The notes under the pieces: generated by a model
The model's input: the letters and a program-made list of their open reading frames with translations, nothing else
What the model was told of the DNA's origin: nothing
Databases searched by the model: none
Position numbers and translations under genes: made by a program
In this document: positions 6,662-14,935 of the stretch, one piece after another
How the letters are laid out: every line of letters starts with the position of its first letter
Position numbering within the stretch: position 1 is the stretch's first letter
DNA from: a virus
Taxonomy: Duplodnaviria; Caudoviricetes
Strand: one strand, 5' to 3'
Length of the DNA stretch: 29,981 nt
IMG/VR virus record: IMGVR_UViG_3300032212_000115
Span: 1-29,981 of that record

Positions 6662-8304
6662 CGTATTCAGAAAGGGCCGTCAGATACGCCGATAGTGTTA
6701 TTGCGGGAGAAACCCCGGCTTGTAAATTTGTAATACAGGCGTGCGAGCGGTTTATTAGTGATCTGAAAAGAGATGACATATATCTAAACCAGGATGAAGC
6801 AGAGCGGTGGTGTAGGTTTCTTGAGAAGCTACCCCATGTTAAAGGCAAGTGGGCAGCAACAAAACAAACGCTCATCCTGTCTGATTGGCAGATATTCTGC
6901 ACGGTCAATATCTACGGTTGGTATTTTACCGCAACAAACAGGCGGCGATTTCGTGACATTTACATCGAGGTACCCCGCAAGAATGGAAAAACATTCTGGA
7001 TTGCGGGGCTTGGCCTTGGTCACTTGTGTATTGATGGTGAGTTTGGTGCTGAGATTTATTGCGGTGCAACCTCTGAAAAACAAGCCTTTGAGGTATTCAG
7101 GCCAGCCAAGCAAATATGCGAGAGAACGCCTGACCTGCGCGAGCATTACGGCCTGGATGTTAATGCAAAGAACCTGAACATCCTTGAGACGGGTTCGCGG
7201 TTTGAGCCTGTCATCGGCAAACCGGGTGACGGCGCAAGCCCTTCATGTGGCATTGCTGATGAGTTCCACGAACACCCTGACTCAGACCAGGTTGATACAT
7301 TTACAACCGGGATGGGGGCGCGTGATAACCCTGTCATGCTTCACATTACAACAGCAGGCTCTGACATGGGCGGGCCTTGTTATGCAAAGCGTGATGAGGT
7401 CAAAAAGGTACTTGATGGCTCTGTCGTTGATGACACCATTTTTGGAATCATCTACACGATAGACGAAGATGATCAATGGGATACGGTTGAGGCGCAGCAA
7501 AAAGCTAATCCCAACTATGGCATTTCTGTTGATGGCGTGTTTCTAAAGGCACAGCTTGACGCAGCCAAGCGCTCTGCCATCAAGCAGGCGGCATACAAAA
7601 CCAAGCATCTCAATGTATGGGTAGGTGCTAAAGCGGCATGGATGAACATGCTTGCCTACCAGGTATGCCGTAAAGATATCAGCATTGAACAATATAAGGG
7701 TCAGCGTTGTTATGTTGGCATTGATTTAGCGTCCAAGATAGACGTTGCATCAATGGTTGCATACTTCCCTGATTCCGGCGCGGTGTTTGCGAAACACTAT
7801 CTACCTGAAGAACGCATACTTGATGGCGGCAATACGCGATACAAGGCATGGCACGCTGACGGTTGGATCGAAGCAACACCCGGTAATGTGATTGATTATT
7901 CATACATTGAGGATGATTTGATCGCATTTAAGTCTGATTTTGAAGTGATTGAGGTCGCTTATGACCCATTCCAGGCGACCCAATTTAGCGTAAGAATGCA
8001 AGAACAGGGCTTTCCAATGATTGAAGTGGGGGCAACTGTTAAAAACTTTTCCGAACCGATGAAAGAGCTTGAGGCTTTGGTGTTGAAAAAATCCATCAAG
8101 TTCAGCTTGGATCCGGTCTTAATGTGGATGTTCGGCAATGTCGTTGCCAAGCTCGACAAGAAAGACAACATATTTCCCGATAAAGAGAAACCCGAAAACA
8201 AGATTGATGGCGTTGTTGCGATCATAATGGCAATCAGTAGGGCCATTGTACATCGTGAAACAGGCACGCTTGATGACTTCTTAGCCAACCCGGTCAGTAT
8301 ATGA
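6658..8304 (+). CDS. terL: Terminase large subunit
   Basis: Walker A PRKNGKT, Walker B GIADEFHE, ITTAG, nuclease motifs GIDLAS and KIDGVVA. Confidence 0.97.
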   Translation: MTYSERAVRYADSVIAGETPACKFVIQACERFISDLKRDDIYLNQDEAERWCRFLEKLPHVKGKWAATKQTLILSDWQIFCTVNIYGWYFTATNRRRFRDIYIEVPRKNGKTFWIAGLGLGHLCIDGEFGAEIYCGATSEKQAFEVFRPAKQICERTPDLREHYGLDVNAKNLNILETGSRFEPVIGKPGDGASPSCGIADEFHEHPDSDQVDTFTTGMGARDNPVMLHITTAGSDMGGPCYAKRDEVKKVLDGSVVDDTIFGIIYTIDEDDQWDTVEAQQKANPNYGISVDGVFLKAQLDAAKRSAIKQAAYKTKHLNVWVGAKAAWMNMLAYQVCRKDISIEQYKGQRCYVGIDLASKIDVASMVAYFPDSGAVFAKHYLPEERILDGGNTRYKAWHADGWIEATPGNVIDYSYIEDDLIAFKSDFEVIEVAYDPFQATQFSVRMQEQGFPMIEVGATVKNFSEPMKELEALVLKKSIKFSLDPVLMWMFGNVVAKLDKKDNIFPDKEKPENKIDGVVAIIMAISRAIVHRETGTLDDFLANPVSI

Positions 8305-9566
8305 ACCTATTTTCACCGATATTGCGATTGTTCGGCCTTGGGGCATTCACGAACACCGACACAGGCGCGCAGTACGGTTCCAGCGCAAAGATCACGACTG
8401 ACTCAGGTATCTCAGTCAATGATGAACGTGCCATGCAGGTTTCTGCTGTTTGGGCGTGCGTTCAATATATTACTAATTCGGTTTGTTCGTTGCCGCTTGG
8501 TTTCTATCGCAAGGGCGCTGATGGTGGCCGGGTAGAAGTTGAAAATCACGCACTAAACAATCTATTCCATAACAGCCCTAACAGCCTCATGAAGCCTCGA
8601 GACTTCAGAAAGGCGATGACTATGCAGATGGCTTTATGGTCCAACGCATACGCCGAGATCGTTTATTCAGGATCACGGCCAGTGTCATTGTTGCCGCTAC
8701 GCGCTGGACGTATGACACCATTTATCACTGATGATGGCGAACTCACATACCACTATCACACTGAAAAAGGTGTCAGGGTTTACGCGAAGAAATCTATTTT
8801 ACATCTAAAGGGTTTTGGCTCTGATGGGATAGTTGGCCTGGAGCGCAACAATTATGCACGTGAAACATTCGGGCTGTCTGTTTCTGCTGACACATACGCA
8901 GCAAAACAGTTTGCAAACGGTGGCAGGTCAGGCGGTGGCTATCTCAAGTTTGATCAGTTCTTATCGGATGAACAGCGCAAGCAGGCCCGTGAGTTGTATT
9001 CTGGCATGTCTGAAACAGCTTACAACACTAACAAGCTATGGATTCTGGAAGGCGGGGCAGGGTATGAGCAAGACACCCTGAACCCTGACACCATGCAGAT
9101 GATTGAAACGCGCAAGATGCAGCTTGGTGAGATTGCCCGTTTCTTTGGTGTTCCAGAGGTTTTGATTGGTTCGGGTGGATCTACAAGCGCATGGCCTGCA
9201 TCGTTTGAGCAGCAATTGCTGTCGTTCCTGACCTTCACCCTCCAGGACTACATTGACGAGTGGGAGCATGGCATTTCACATGCACTATTAACCCCGCTCG
9301 AAAGACGCAGGATCGTCGTTGATCACGATGTCACCAATTTCATCAAGATGGATAGTCAAGCAAAGGCCAACATTCAATCAACCTGGGTGCAAAATGGACT
9401 CAAGACGCGCAACGAAATCCGAAAGATAAACAATGATCCGCCTGTTGATGGCGGTGATGATCTGACTGTTCAGGTGAATCTAACGCCTGTAACAGACTTG
9501 GAGAATGTAAATGATTCACAAAATTCACAATCCACTGGAAACATGCCACCTCAAGTTCAGCAATGA
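8301..9566 (+). CDS. HK97-family portal protein
   Basis: SAVWACV, ILHLKGF..DG..G, EIARFFGVP, TRNEIR, PPVDGGD. Confidence 0.96.
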   Translation: MNLFSPILRLFGLGAFTNTDTGAQYGSSAKITTDSGISVNDERAMQVSAVWACVQYITNSVCSLPLGFYRKGADGGRVEVENHALNNLFHNSPNSLMKPRDFRKAMTMQMALWSNAYAEIVYSGSRPVSLLPLRAGRMTPFITDDGELTYHYHTEKGVRVYAKKSILHLKGFGSDGIVGLERNNYARETFGLSVSADTYAAKQFANGGRSGGGYLKFDQFLSDEQRKQARELYSGMSETAYNTNKLWILEGGAGYEQDTLNPDTMQMIETRKMQLGEIARFFGVPEVLIGSGGSTSAWPASFEQQLLSFLTFTLQDYIDEWEHGISHALLTPLERRRIVVDHDVTNFIKMDSQAKANIQSTWVQNGLKTRNEIRKINNDPPVDGGDDLTVQVNLTPVTDLENVNDSQNSQSTGNMPPQVQQ

Positions 9567-10182
9567 TGAGAGGGGCGAGTTTGAGGGCTATGCATCAGTA
9601 TTTAACGGCGTTGACGCTGTGAATGACACGATCCTTCCTGGTGCATTTACTAAATCGCTCGATGGTAAGCGAGGCCCCGCAATGTTTGTCAACCATAAGA
9701 GCCATGAGGTCCCGGTTGGTGATTGGGTTGAGTTGAAAGAGGACGAGCACGGGTTATACGTTAAAGGAAAGATCGACCTCAATCACAAGGATGGCCCAAC
9801 GGTTTACTCAGCCCTAAAACGCGGGGCAATGGACGCAATGTCAATCGGCTTCAGAATACCTGCTGGTGGTTCCGAAGAAAAAGAAGATGGAACCCGCGAG
9901 ATCAAGGAAATTGATCTTGTGGAGGTCAGCGTTGTCAGTTTCCCGGCAGATGATGCGGCCCGCATATCAGTGGTTAAGCATGAAGTTGAAGAAATTAAAA
10001 GTTTAAAAGACGCGGAAATATTCCTGAGAGATTCAGGCTATTCCAAGTCGGCGGCGACTGCCTTTGTGAGCCGCATCAAAGACCTGATGCAGAGTGATTC
10101 TGTTGATGATGTTAATGATGAAATTACAAAGCATGACGTAACCGATGATGTGGTTGCAATCATACGCAACTTACAGGTTTAA
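9511..10182 (+). CDS. HK97-family prohead protease
   Basis: FEGYASVF, NH, PVGDW, GLYVKG, MSIGF, LVEVSVVSFPA. Confidence 0.95.
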   Translation: MIHKIHNPLETCHLKFSNDERGEFEGYASVFNGVDAVNDTILPGAFTKSLDGKRGPAMFVNHKSHEVPVGDWVELKEDEHGLYVKGKIDLNHKDGPTVYSALKRGAMDAMSIGFRIPAGGSEEKEDGTREIKEIDLVEVSVVSFPADDAARISVVKHEVEEIKSLKDAEIFLRDSGYSKSAATAFVSRIKDLMQSDSVDDVNDEITKHDVTDDVVAIIRNLQV

Positions 10183-10192
10183 ATTTAACGCA

Positions 10193-10206
10193 ATGCCGTG
10201 AGGCAT
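10193..10206 (+). promoter_or_regulatory. GNRA-tetraloop hairpin ATGCC-GTGA-GGCAT upstream of the capsid gene
   Basis: Perfect 5-bp stem; the same GCCGTGAGGC core recurs twice upstream of the major tail gene. Confidence 0.55.
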
Positions 10207-10231
10207 CGCTATCCGAAACGGAGTACTTATT

Positions 10232-11416
10232 ATGAGTGATATGGCAAAAGAAGTCCTTGATCTGAAAAAGGTTGAGGAGGCAATGGTTGAGAAGCATAAC
10301 GAGCTTCTTGGCACAATCGAAAAGGCAAACGAGGAAGCTAAAAATGCTGGCTCTGTTGCCAATGAAACAAAATCGGCAATTGATGGCATTTCAGGCCAAC
10401 TGAATGACATTGGTGATCGCCTGCATGAAATGGAGCAGAAGGGCGCACACGGCGAATCAACAGATGAAGCCTATGACATCGGCGCTGAGTTTGTGAAGTC
10501 TGAGCAGTTCCAGGCATTTGCAGAAGGTCGCCAGAACGGCGCACGCATGGAAGTGAAAACAGCCATTGTCAATGCCACAGGCCAGAACCAGCCTCTTGTT
10601 GATTCTGACCGCCTGGGCGGTATCAATGCAACGCCTAACCGCGTGCTGTCTATTCGTGACATCATTCCCACAAGCCAAACAGACAGCAACCTGATCGAGT
10701 TTGTGCGTGAGAATGTGTTTACAAACAGCGCAGGCCCACAGTACAGCTCACCGAGCTATGAAAACGTGGCTAAAGCTGAGTCAGGCATTACGTTCACCCT
10801 GGTTAATGAGCCTGTTCAGACGCTGGCGCACTTCCTGCCCGCCTCCAAGCAGGTTATTGCTGATTCTGCACAGTTGCAGTCATATATCTCAGGCCGCTTA
10901 ATGTATGGCTTGAAGCTGTATGAAGAAGCGCAGCTTCTGAGCGGTTCAGCCGCAAGCGGTCAGCTTAATGGCTTGATCACTCAGGCAACAACCTACACAG
11001 CCGCATCACCAGCGCTGACCAATGAGCTTGACATTATTCGTGATGCAATCAAACAGGCTCATCAGTCAGAGTACATGCCTGATGCAATCGTGTTGAATCC
11101 GTCAGATTGGTATGACATTGAAGTTCGCAAGGTCGGATCATCTGATGATCGTTATGTTGTGGGTAATCCGCGCAGCATGATGGGGCCAACGCTTTGGGGT
11201 CTGCCTGTTGTTGTGACAAACAGCATCACAGCCGGGACCTTCCTGCTTGGTTCATTCGGTATGGGCGCTGAAATCAAGGATCGCATGAACGCAACAGTGG
11301 AAGTGTCACGCGAGCACAGCGACAACTTCACCAAGAACATGGTTACTATCTTGGCCGAAGAACGTATCGCTCTGTGTGTTTACCGCACTGAAGCATTCAT
11401 CACGGGCTCACTGTAA
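10232..11416 (+). CDS. HK97-fold major capsid protein
   Basis: N-terminal coiled-coil delta domain; KAESGITF, LNPSDW, LWGLPVV, DNFTKNMVTILAEER (HK97 gp5-like). Confidence 0.97.
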   Translation: MSDMAKEVLDLKKVEEAMVEKHNELLGTIEKANEEAKNAGSVANETKSAIDGISGQLNDIGDRLHEMEQKGAHGESTDEAYDIGAEFVKSEQFQAFAEGRQNGARMEVKTAIVNATGQNQPLVDSDRLGGINATPNRVLSIRDIIPTSQTDSNLIEFVRENVFTNSAGPQYSSPSYENVAKAESGITFTLVNEPVQTLAHFLPASKQVIADSAQLQSYISGRLMYGLKLYEEAQLLSGSAASGQLNGLITQATTYTAASPALTNELDIIRDAIKQAHQSEYMPDAIVLNPSDWYDIEVRKVGSSDDRYVVGNPRSMMGPTLWGLPVVVTNSITAGTFLLGSFGMGAEIKDRMNATVEVSREHSDNFTKNMVTILAEERIALCVYRTEAFITGSL

Positions 11417-11425
11417 TAGTGAAAT

Positions 11426-11459
11426 AAGGATGGCCGGGGGCAACCCCGGTCAATCTTTT
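11426..11459 (+). terminator. GC-rich hairpin/terminator after the capsid gene
   Basis: GGCCGGGG-GCAA-CCCCGGTC followed by AATCTTTT. Confidence 0.65.
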
Positions 11460-11461
11460 CT

Positions 11462-11725
11462 ATGAAAGTAAAAGTTAAAGGCAATCCCATCACACCATAC
11501 GGATCATTTTCAGATGGTCAGGTGTTGAGTGATGACAAGTTTTCGCGTGAGTTCTTATCTCATCTTGTGAATGATGCAGGCGCAGCCGATCTGATTGAAT
11601 ATGAGACGAAGGTTGTTGAGGATTACGAACCTGTAAAAAAGCCCCAATCTTCACGGTCATCGCAACCGGGCAAAGCCTCACAGAAAAAGACGCGAGTTAC
11701 GCGCAAGAGAAAAGCCAAGTCATAG
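11462..11725 (+). CDS. Small capsid-adjacent protein with a basic C-terminal tail; carries a -1 slippery site
   Basis: 87 aa; Lys/Arg-rich tail; position typical of small head-associated genes. Confidence 0.75.
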   Translation: MKVKVKGNPITPYGSFSDGQVLSDDKFSREFLSHLVNDAGAADLIEYETKVVEDYEPVKKPQSSRSSQPGKASQKKTRVTRKRKAKS

Positions 11726-12210
11726 TCGTCAATGATGCATGGCGCGTAGTACATGATGCACCTTATCACTATGCCTGTGACGCAAAGTGGTGGGATCTGT
11801 ATTACCAAGAAGTAAAAGCGGGGTTTCAGGGTCAATCATTCACGATAGATGATGATGATCGGCCTGATGTAAACCCTAAATCAGAATATGACCTGGTTCG
11901 CCTCAAGTCGAAGCACGGTGAAGGGTTAAGTAAAGAATTTATCCACTACGGATTACCCCGTGGCGGAAACTCGGGCTATCAGGCAGTAAATCTGGCCTAT
12001 CAACTTGGTGCAAAAACAATCTTGCTGCTTGGGTTTGACATGCACGGGACTCACTATTTTGGGAAGCATCCCGATGGCTTAGTGCAAGGCAGTCCATTTC
12101 AGAAGTTTATCGAGTCATTTAAGACGATCCGGGGCGTTGAGATTATCAACTGTTCACCTGGTTCGGCGTTGACGTGTTTTCCAAACATGAGGATTCAGGA
12201 TGTCATCTAG
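11620..12210 (+). CDS. Maf/DUF115/CstII(GT42)-like glycosyltransferase domain with no start codon of its own; predicted 249-aa fusion to 11462 via -1 frameshift
   Basis: Own translation: IFTVIATGQSLT...VIVVNDAW...YACDAKWW...GGNSGYQAVNLAYQLGAKTILLLGFDM..HYFGKHP...IINCSPGSAL; no in-frame ATG/GTG/TTG between the stop at 11617-11619 and TTG 12022. Confidence 0.75.
   Translation, partial: GLRTCKKAPIFTVIATGQSLTEKDASYAQEKSQVIVVNDAWRVVHDAPYHYACDAKWWDLYYQEVKAGFQGQSFTIDDDDRPDVNPKSEYDLVRLKSKHGEGLSKEFIHYGLPRGGNSGYQAVNLAYQLGAKTILLLGFDMHGTHYFGKHPDGLVQGSPFQKFIESFKTIRGVEIINCSPGSALTCFPNMRIQDVI
11635..11641 (+). promoter_or_regulatory. Putative -1 programmed frameshift site A_AAA_AAG
   Basis: Correctly phased (GTA AAA AAG) in the 11462 ORF; SD-like GAGG at 11618-11621; the -1 frame stays open to 12210. 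Confidence 0.7.
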
Positions 12211-12757
12211 CGCACAGCAAGCAGAAATCAACAAATATGAAAACGTGTATCAGCATCCAAATTACAAGATGGGGGATGCGCGGTTTCAATGTGCCCGTGA
12301 CAATCTGACAGACTCCCCGTTTCGAGGCTCTTACCTCGATGTGGGTTGTGGCCGGGGTGAAATGCTCACCCTTGCCAAGAGCCTTGGATTCAAAAAGGTC
12401 AAGGGCGTTGAAGTTGTTTCCTATTTGATCGGCGGTGACGTGGTTCAGGGTAAAGCGTGGGATCTACCATTTGACGATGATGCCGTTGAGGTTGTCTCGT
12501 TATTTGATGTGATTGAGCACCTACTTTACGAAGATATGATCCCAACGCTCAATGAATTAAAGCGTGTTGCATCAAAACAGGTTGTCTTGACCGCTGCAAA
12601 CTACTCATCAAAGTCACTTGGCCAAGAGTTGCACGTCAACCGCTTACCTTATGAGGTATGGGATGAAGTGATCAAATCGGCGTTTGATGGATGTGCTGTT
12701 GAATGGCTACCAAGAGCGCACGGCACAAACTCTGAAACATGGGTGATCACACTTTGA
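12200..12757 (+). CDS. Class I SAM-dependent methyltransferase
   Basis: YLDVGCGRG; LPFDDDAVEVVSLFDVIEHL. Confidence 0.9.
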   Translation: MSSSAQQAEINKYENVYQHPNYKMGDARFQCARDNLTDSPFRGSYLDVGCGRGEMLTLAKSLGFKKVKGVEVVSYLIGGDVVQGKAWDLPFDDDAVEVVSLFDVIEHLLYEDMIPTLNELKRVASKQVVLTAANYSSKSLGQELHVNRLPYEVWDEVIKSAFDGCAVEWLPRAHGTNSETWVITL

Positions 12758-13545
12758 GAGTTGCCTTCTTTGCCTCCCCTGGCAAAGCCCATCACTCACG
12801 ATGGGGCGCGGCATTCCTAAAAGGACTCAGCAAGCACGGCATATACGCCAGCCTCCAGCACGTCAACGATGACATTGAGTGTGATGTGGCGGTTATGTGG
12901 AGCCACAAACATCAGGCGATTATCGAAAGACAGAAAACGCGTGGCGGAGATTACCTGGTAATGGAAGCGGGGTATTTTGGCGACCGTCTTGGCTTTGCCT
13001 CGATAGGCTGGAATGGCTTGAATGGGCGTGCTGATTTTAAGAACCAAGACATGCCCGGTGATAGATGGGAAAAGCACGGCGTTGATATTAAGCCTTGGCA
13101 TAACGGCGAATACATACTTGTTGCGGGTCAGGTGCAGGGGGATGCAGCGGTGTCAGGTGTAAACCTAAAGGCACGCTATAACGAGATTGTGAACGAACTC
13201 AAAACAATCACCACACGGCCCATACGGTTCAGGCCGCATCCATACGGATCACCCATCCCCGGCGGCGTAGAAGTATCGCACTCATCACTTGATGCAGACT
13301 TGGCAGGTGCTAAATGCCTTGTCGCACTAAACAGTAACACGACTGTTGATGCGGCGATATCTGGAACACCTGTCGTTGCACTTGATGAAGGGTCGATGGC
13401 ATGGCCTGTATCCGCGCATGAGCTTGAAGGTGTGTTGATACCGAGGCGACCCGATAGGCAGCAATGGTTAAACAATCTGGCGTACTGCCAGTGGACAGAG
13501 AAAGAGATCCGAGCTGGCGAGGCTTGGGAACACTTGAGGACATAG
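12739..13545 (+). CDS. Capsule_synth/KpsC-KpsS-like glycosyltransferase (GT99/GT107-like)
   Basis: VMEAGYF, ILVAGQVQGD (QxxxD), FRPHP (HP), LNSNTTVDAAISGTPV; true start may be TTG 12754. Confidence 0.72.
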   Translation: MGDHTLRVAFFASPGKAHHSRWGAAFLKGLSKHGIYASLQHVNDDIECDVAVMWSHKHQAIIERQKTRGGDYLVMEAGYFGDRLGFASIGWNGLNGRADFKNQDMPGDRWEKHGVDIKPWHNGEYILVAGQVQGDAAVSGVNLKARYNEIVNELKTITTRPIRFRPHPYGSPIPGGVEVSHSSLDADLAGAKCLVALNSNTTVDAAISGTPVVALDEGSMAWPVSAHELEGVLIPRRPDRQQWLNNLAYCQWTEKEIRAGEAWEHLRT

Positions 13546-13548
13546 AAA

Positions 13549-14007
13549 ATGGCACAAGGCACACTCACATTATTTGAAGAATTTGCCAAGAATATTGGTG
13601 ATGGTTCTCATGACTTTGATGCTGATTCATTTAAGGTCATGCTTATCAGTAATACAACTGTGCCAACAGCGGCACTGGCAACCCCGGACTCTGCCGACTT
13701 CACAGAGGTCAGCGGCACGGGTTATACGGCAGGCGGTGAAGCGCTTACATCCCCAACGTATACAGAGGCGGCAGGCGTTGCAACGTTTGACGATGGCGCG
13801 GCCTCAGTGACTTGGACGCAGAACGGCGCAGGCCCAACCAATATTTATTATGCAATTGTGTACAACACAACGCACGCAGGCACTAATGATGCCATTGGGT
13901 TTATCGACATGACCGCTGATGGTGGCACTACGCCGATCAGTTTGCAGTCAGGCGATATTACGATCACTTGGGGCGGCTCTGGAATCTTCACTGTTACAGT
14001 ATCTTGA
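13549..14007 (+). CDS. Putative virion structural protein (acidic, Gly/Thr-rich)
   Basis: DSFKVML, EVSGTGYTAGG, ITITWGGSGIFT pattern that I recognise from aquatic phage structural regions; GAGGA SD. Confidence 0.65.
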   Translation: MAQGTLTLFEEFAKNIGDGSHDFDADSFKVMLISNTTVPTAALATPDSADFTEVSGTGYTAGGEALTSPTYTEAAGVATFDDGAASVTWTQNGAGPTNIYYAIVYNTTHAGTNDAIGFIDMTADGGTTPISLQSGDITITWGGSGIFTVTVS

Positions 14008-14022
14008 CGGAGTGCATTATAA

Positions 14023-14454
14023 ATGAAACTTAAAGATGAAATTACTAGCGATCCTTTAGCCATTGGGTATGCAGGCATGACAGACCAACAGGTTGCGGAT
14101 TCGCTTAATACTGCAAGCCGCACAAGGCTTAATCCATTGAGTCGAAACGATGCAATACGCTGGCTTGCCAGACATGACGGTGTAGACAAATTAGAGAAAG
14201 CGGCATCAACCGGCTCACAAACAAGTCGAAGCATTGCAAAGGCTGTGCTTTTACTCATACAGAGCGAGACTACCCTGGACGTTGCTGACGAAGAAATCAT
14301 GGGCATGATTGACCAGCTTGTCACCGGCAACGTGTTTACAAGTGCCGAAAAGGGCGACCTGGTGATGCTGGCGACCGAAACAATCTCACGCGCTCAAGAG
14401 ATTGGCTTAGGCCGAGTTAATGAAGGTGATATAGCATCAGCGAGGGCATCATAA
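14023..14454 (+). CDS. Hypothetical protein in the head accessory module
   Basis: 143 aa; GGAG SD; tightly packed operon. Confidence 0.7.
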   Translation: MKLKDEITSDPLAIGYAGMTDQQVADSLNTASRTRLNPLSRNDAIRWLARHDGVDKLEKAASTGSQTSRSIAKAVLLLIQSETTLDVADEEIMGMIDQLVTGNVFTSAEKGDLVMLATETISRAQEIGLGRVNEGDIASARAS

Positions 14455-14455
14455 C

Positions 14456-14926
14456 ATGGCTACTACCACAGTAAATTTTGGCACTAACACGGCTGCAACT
14501 ATCACTCTTAACTCATTGGGTGACGGTTCTTGGCGAGAATCCACAGCCGTGGATAACGGCACTGTTAAAGCTATCTGGATGGAAGTATTTGTAACCATCC
14601 TTACGACAACAACAGCGGGTAGTGATGCAACGGTTGATGTGTATCTTTCTCGCTCACTGGATGGCGGCACGGATTACACTGGTGGCATTGCGGGTACAGG
14701 TGATGCAGGTTGGACGCCTGTAGGTAATCAGGAAGAACAATTAGAGCTTATCGGTTCTATGCCTGTTGATGCCTCGGAAACTACAGCCCGTACTTATAAA
14801 TGGGGCACAGTGGTTCATGATATACCCGAGGATTTTTGTTTCGTTGTGGAAAACAACACAGGCGCAGCTTTAGGCGCTACTACGTGTGCGCTTGAATACC
14901 GCTTGCACAAGTTTGATTCTGCATAA
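14456..14926 (+). CDS. Putative beta-sandwich structural protein
   Basis: 156 aa; acidic, Thr/Gly-rich, alternating beta-strand pattern. Confidence 0.65.
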   Translation: MATTTVNFGTNTAATITLNSLGDGSWRESTAVDNGTVKAIWMEVFVTILTTTTAGSDATVDVYLSRSLDGGTDYTGGIAGTGDAGWTPVGNQEEQLELIGSMPVDASETTARTYKWGTVVHDIPEDFCFVVENNTGAALGATTCALEYRLHKFDSA

Positions 14927-14935
14927 GGATTAGCC

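Noticed and set aside
12022-12210. 62-aa stand-alone ORF from the track
   Set aside because: It is the C-terminal third of the longer start-less frame 11620-12210; its TTG falls in the middle of a conserved motif
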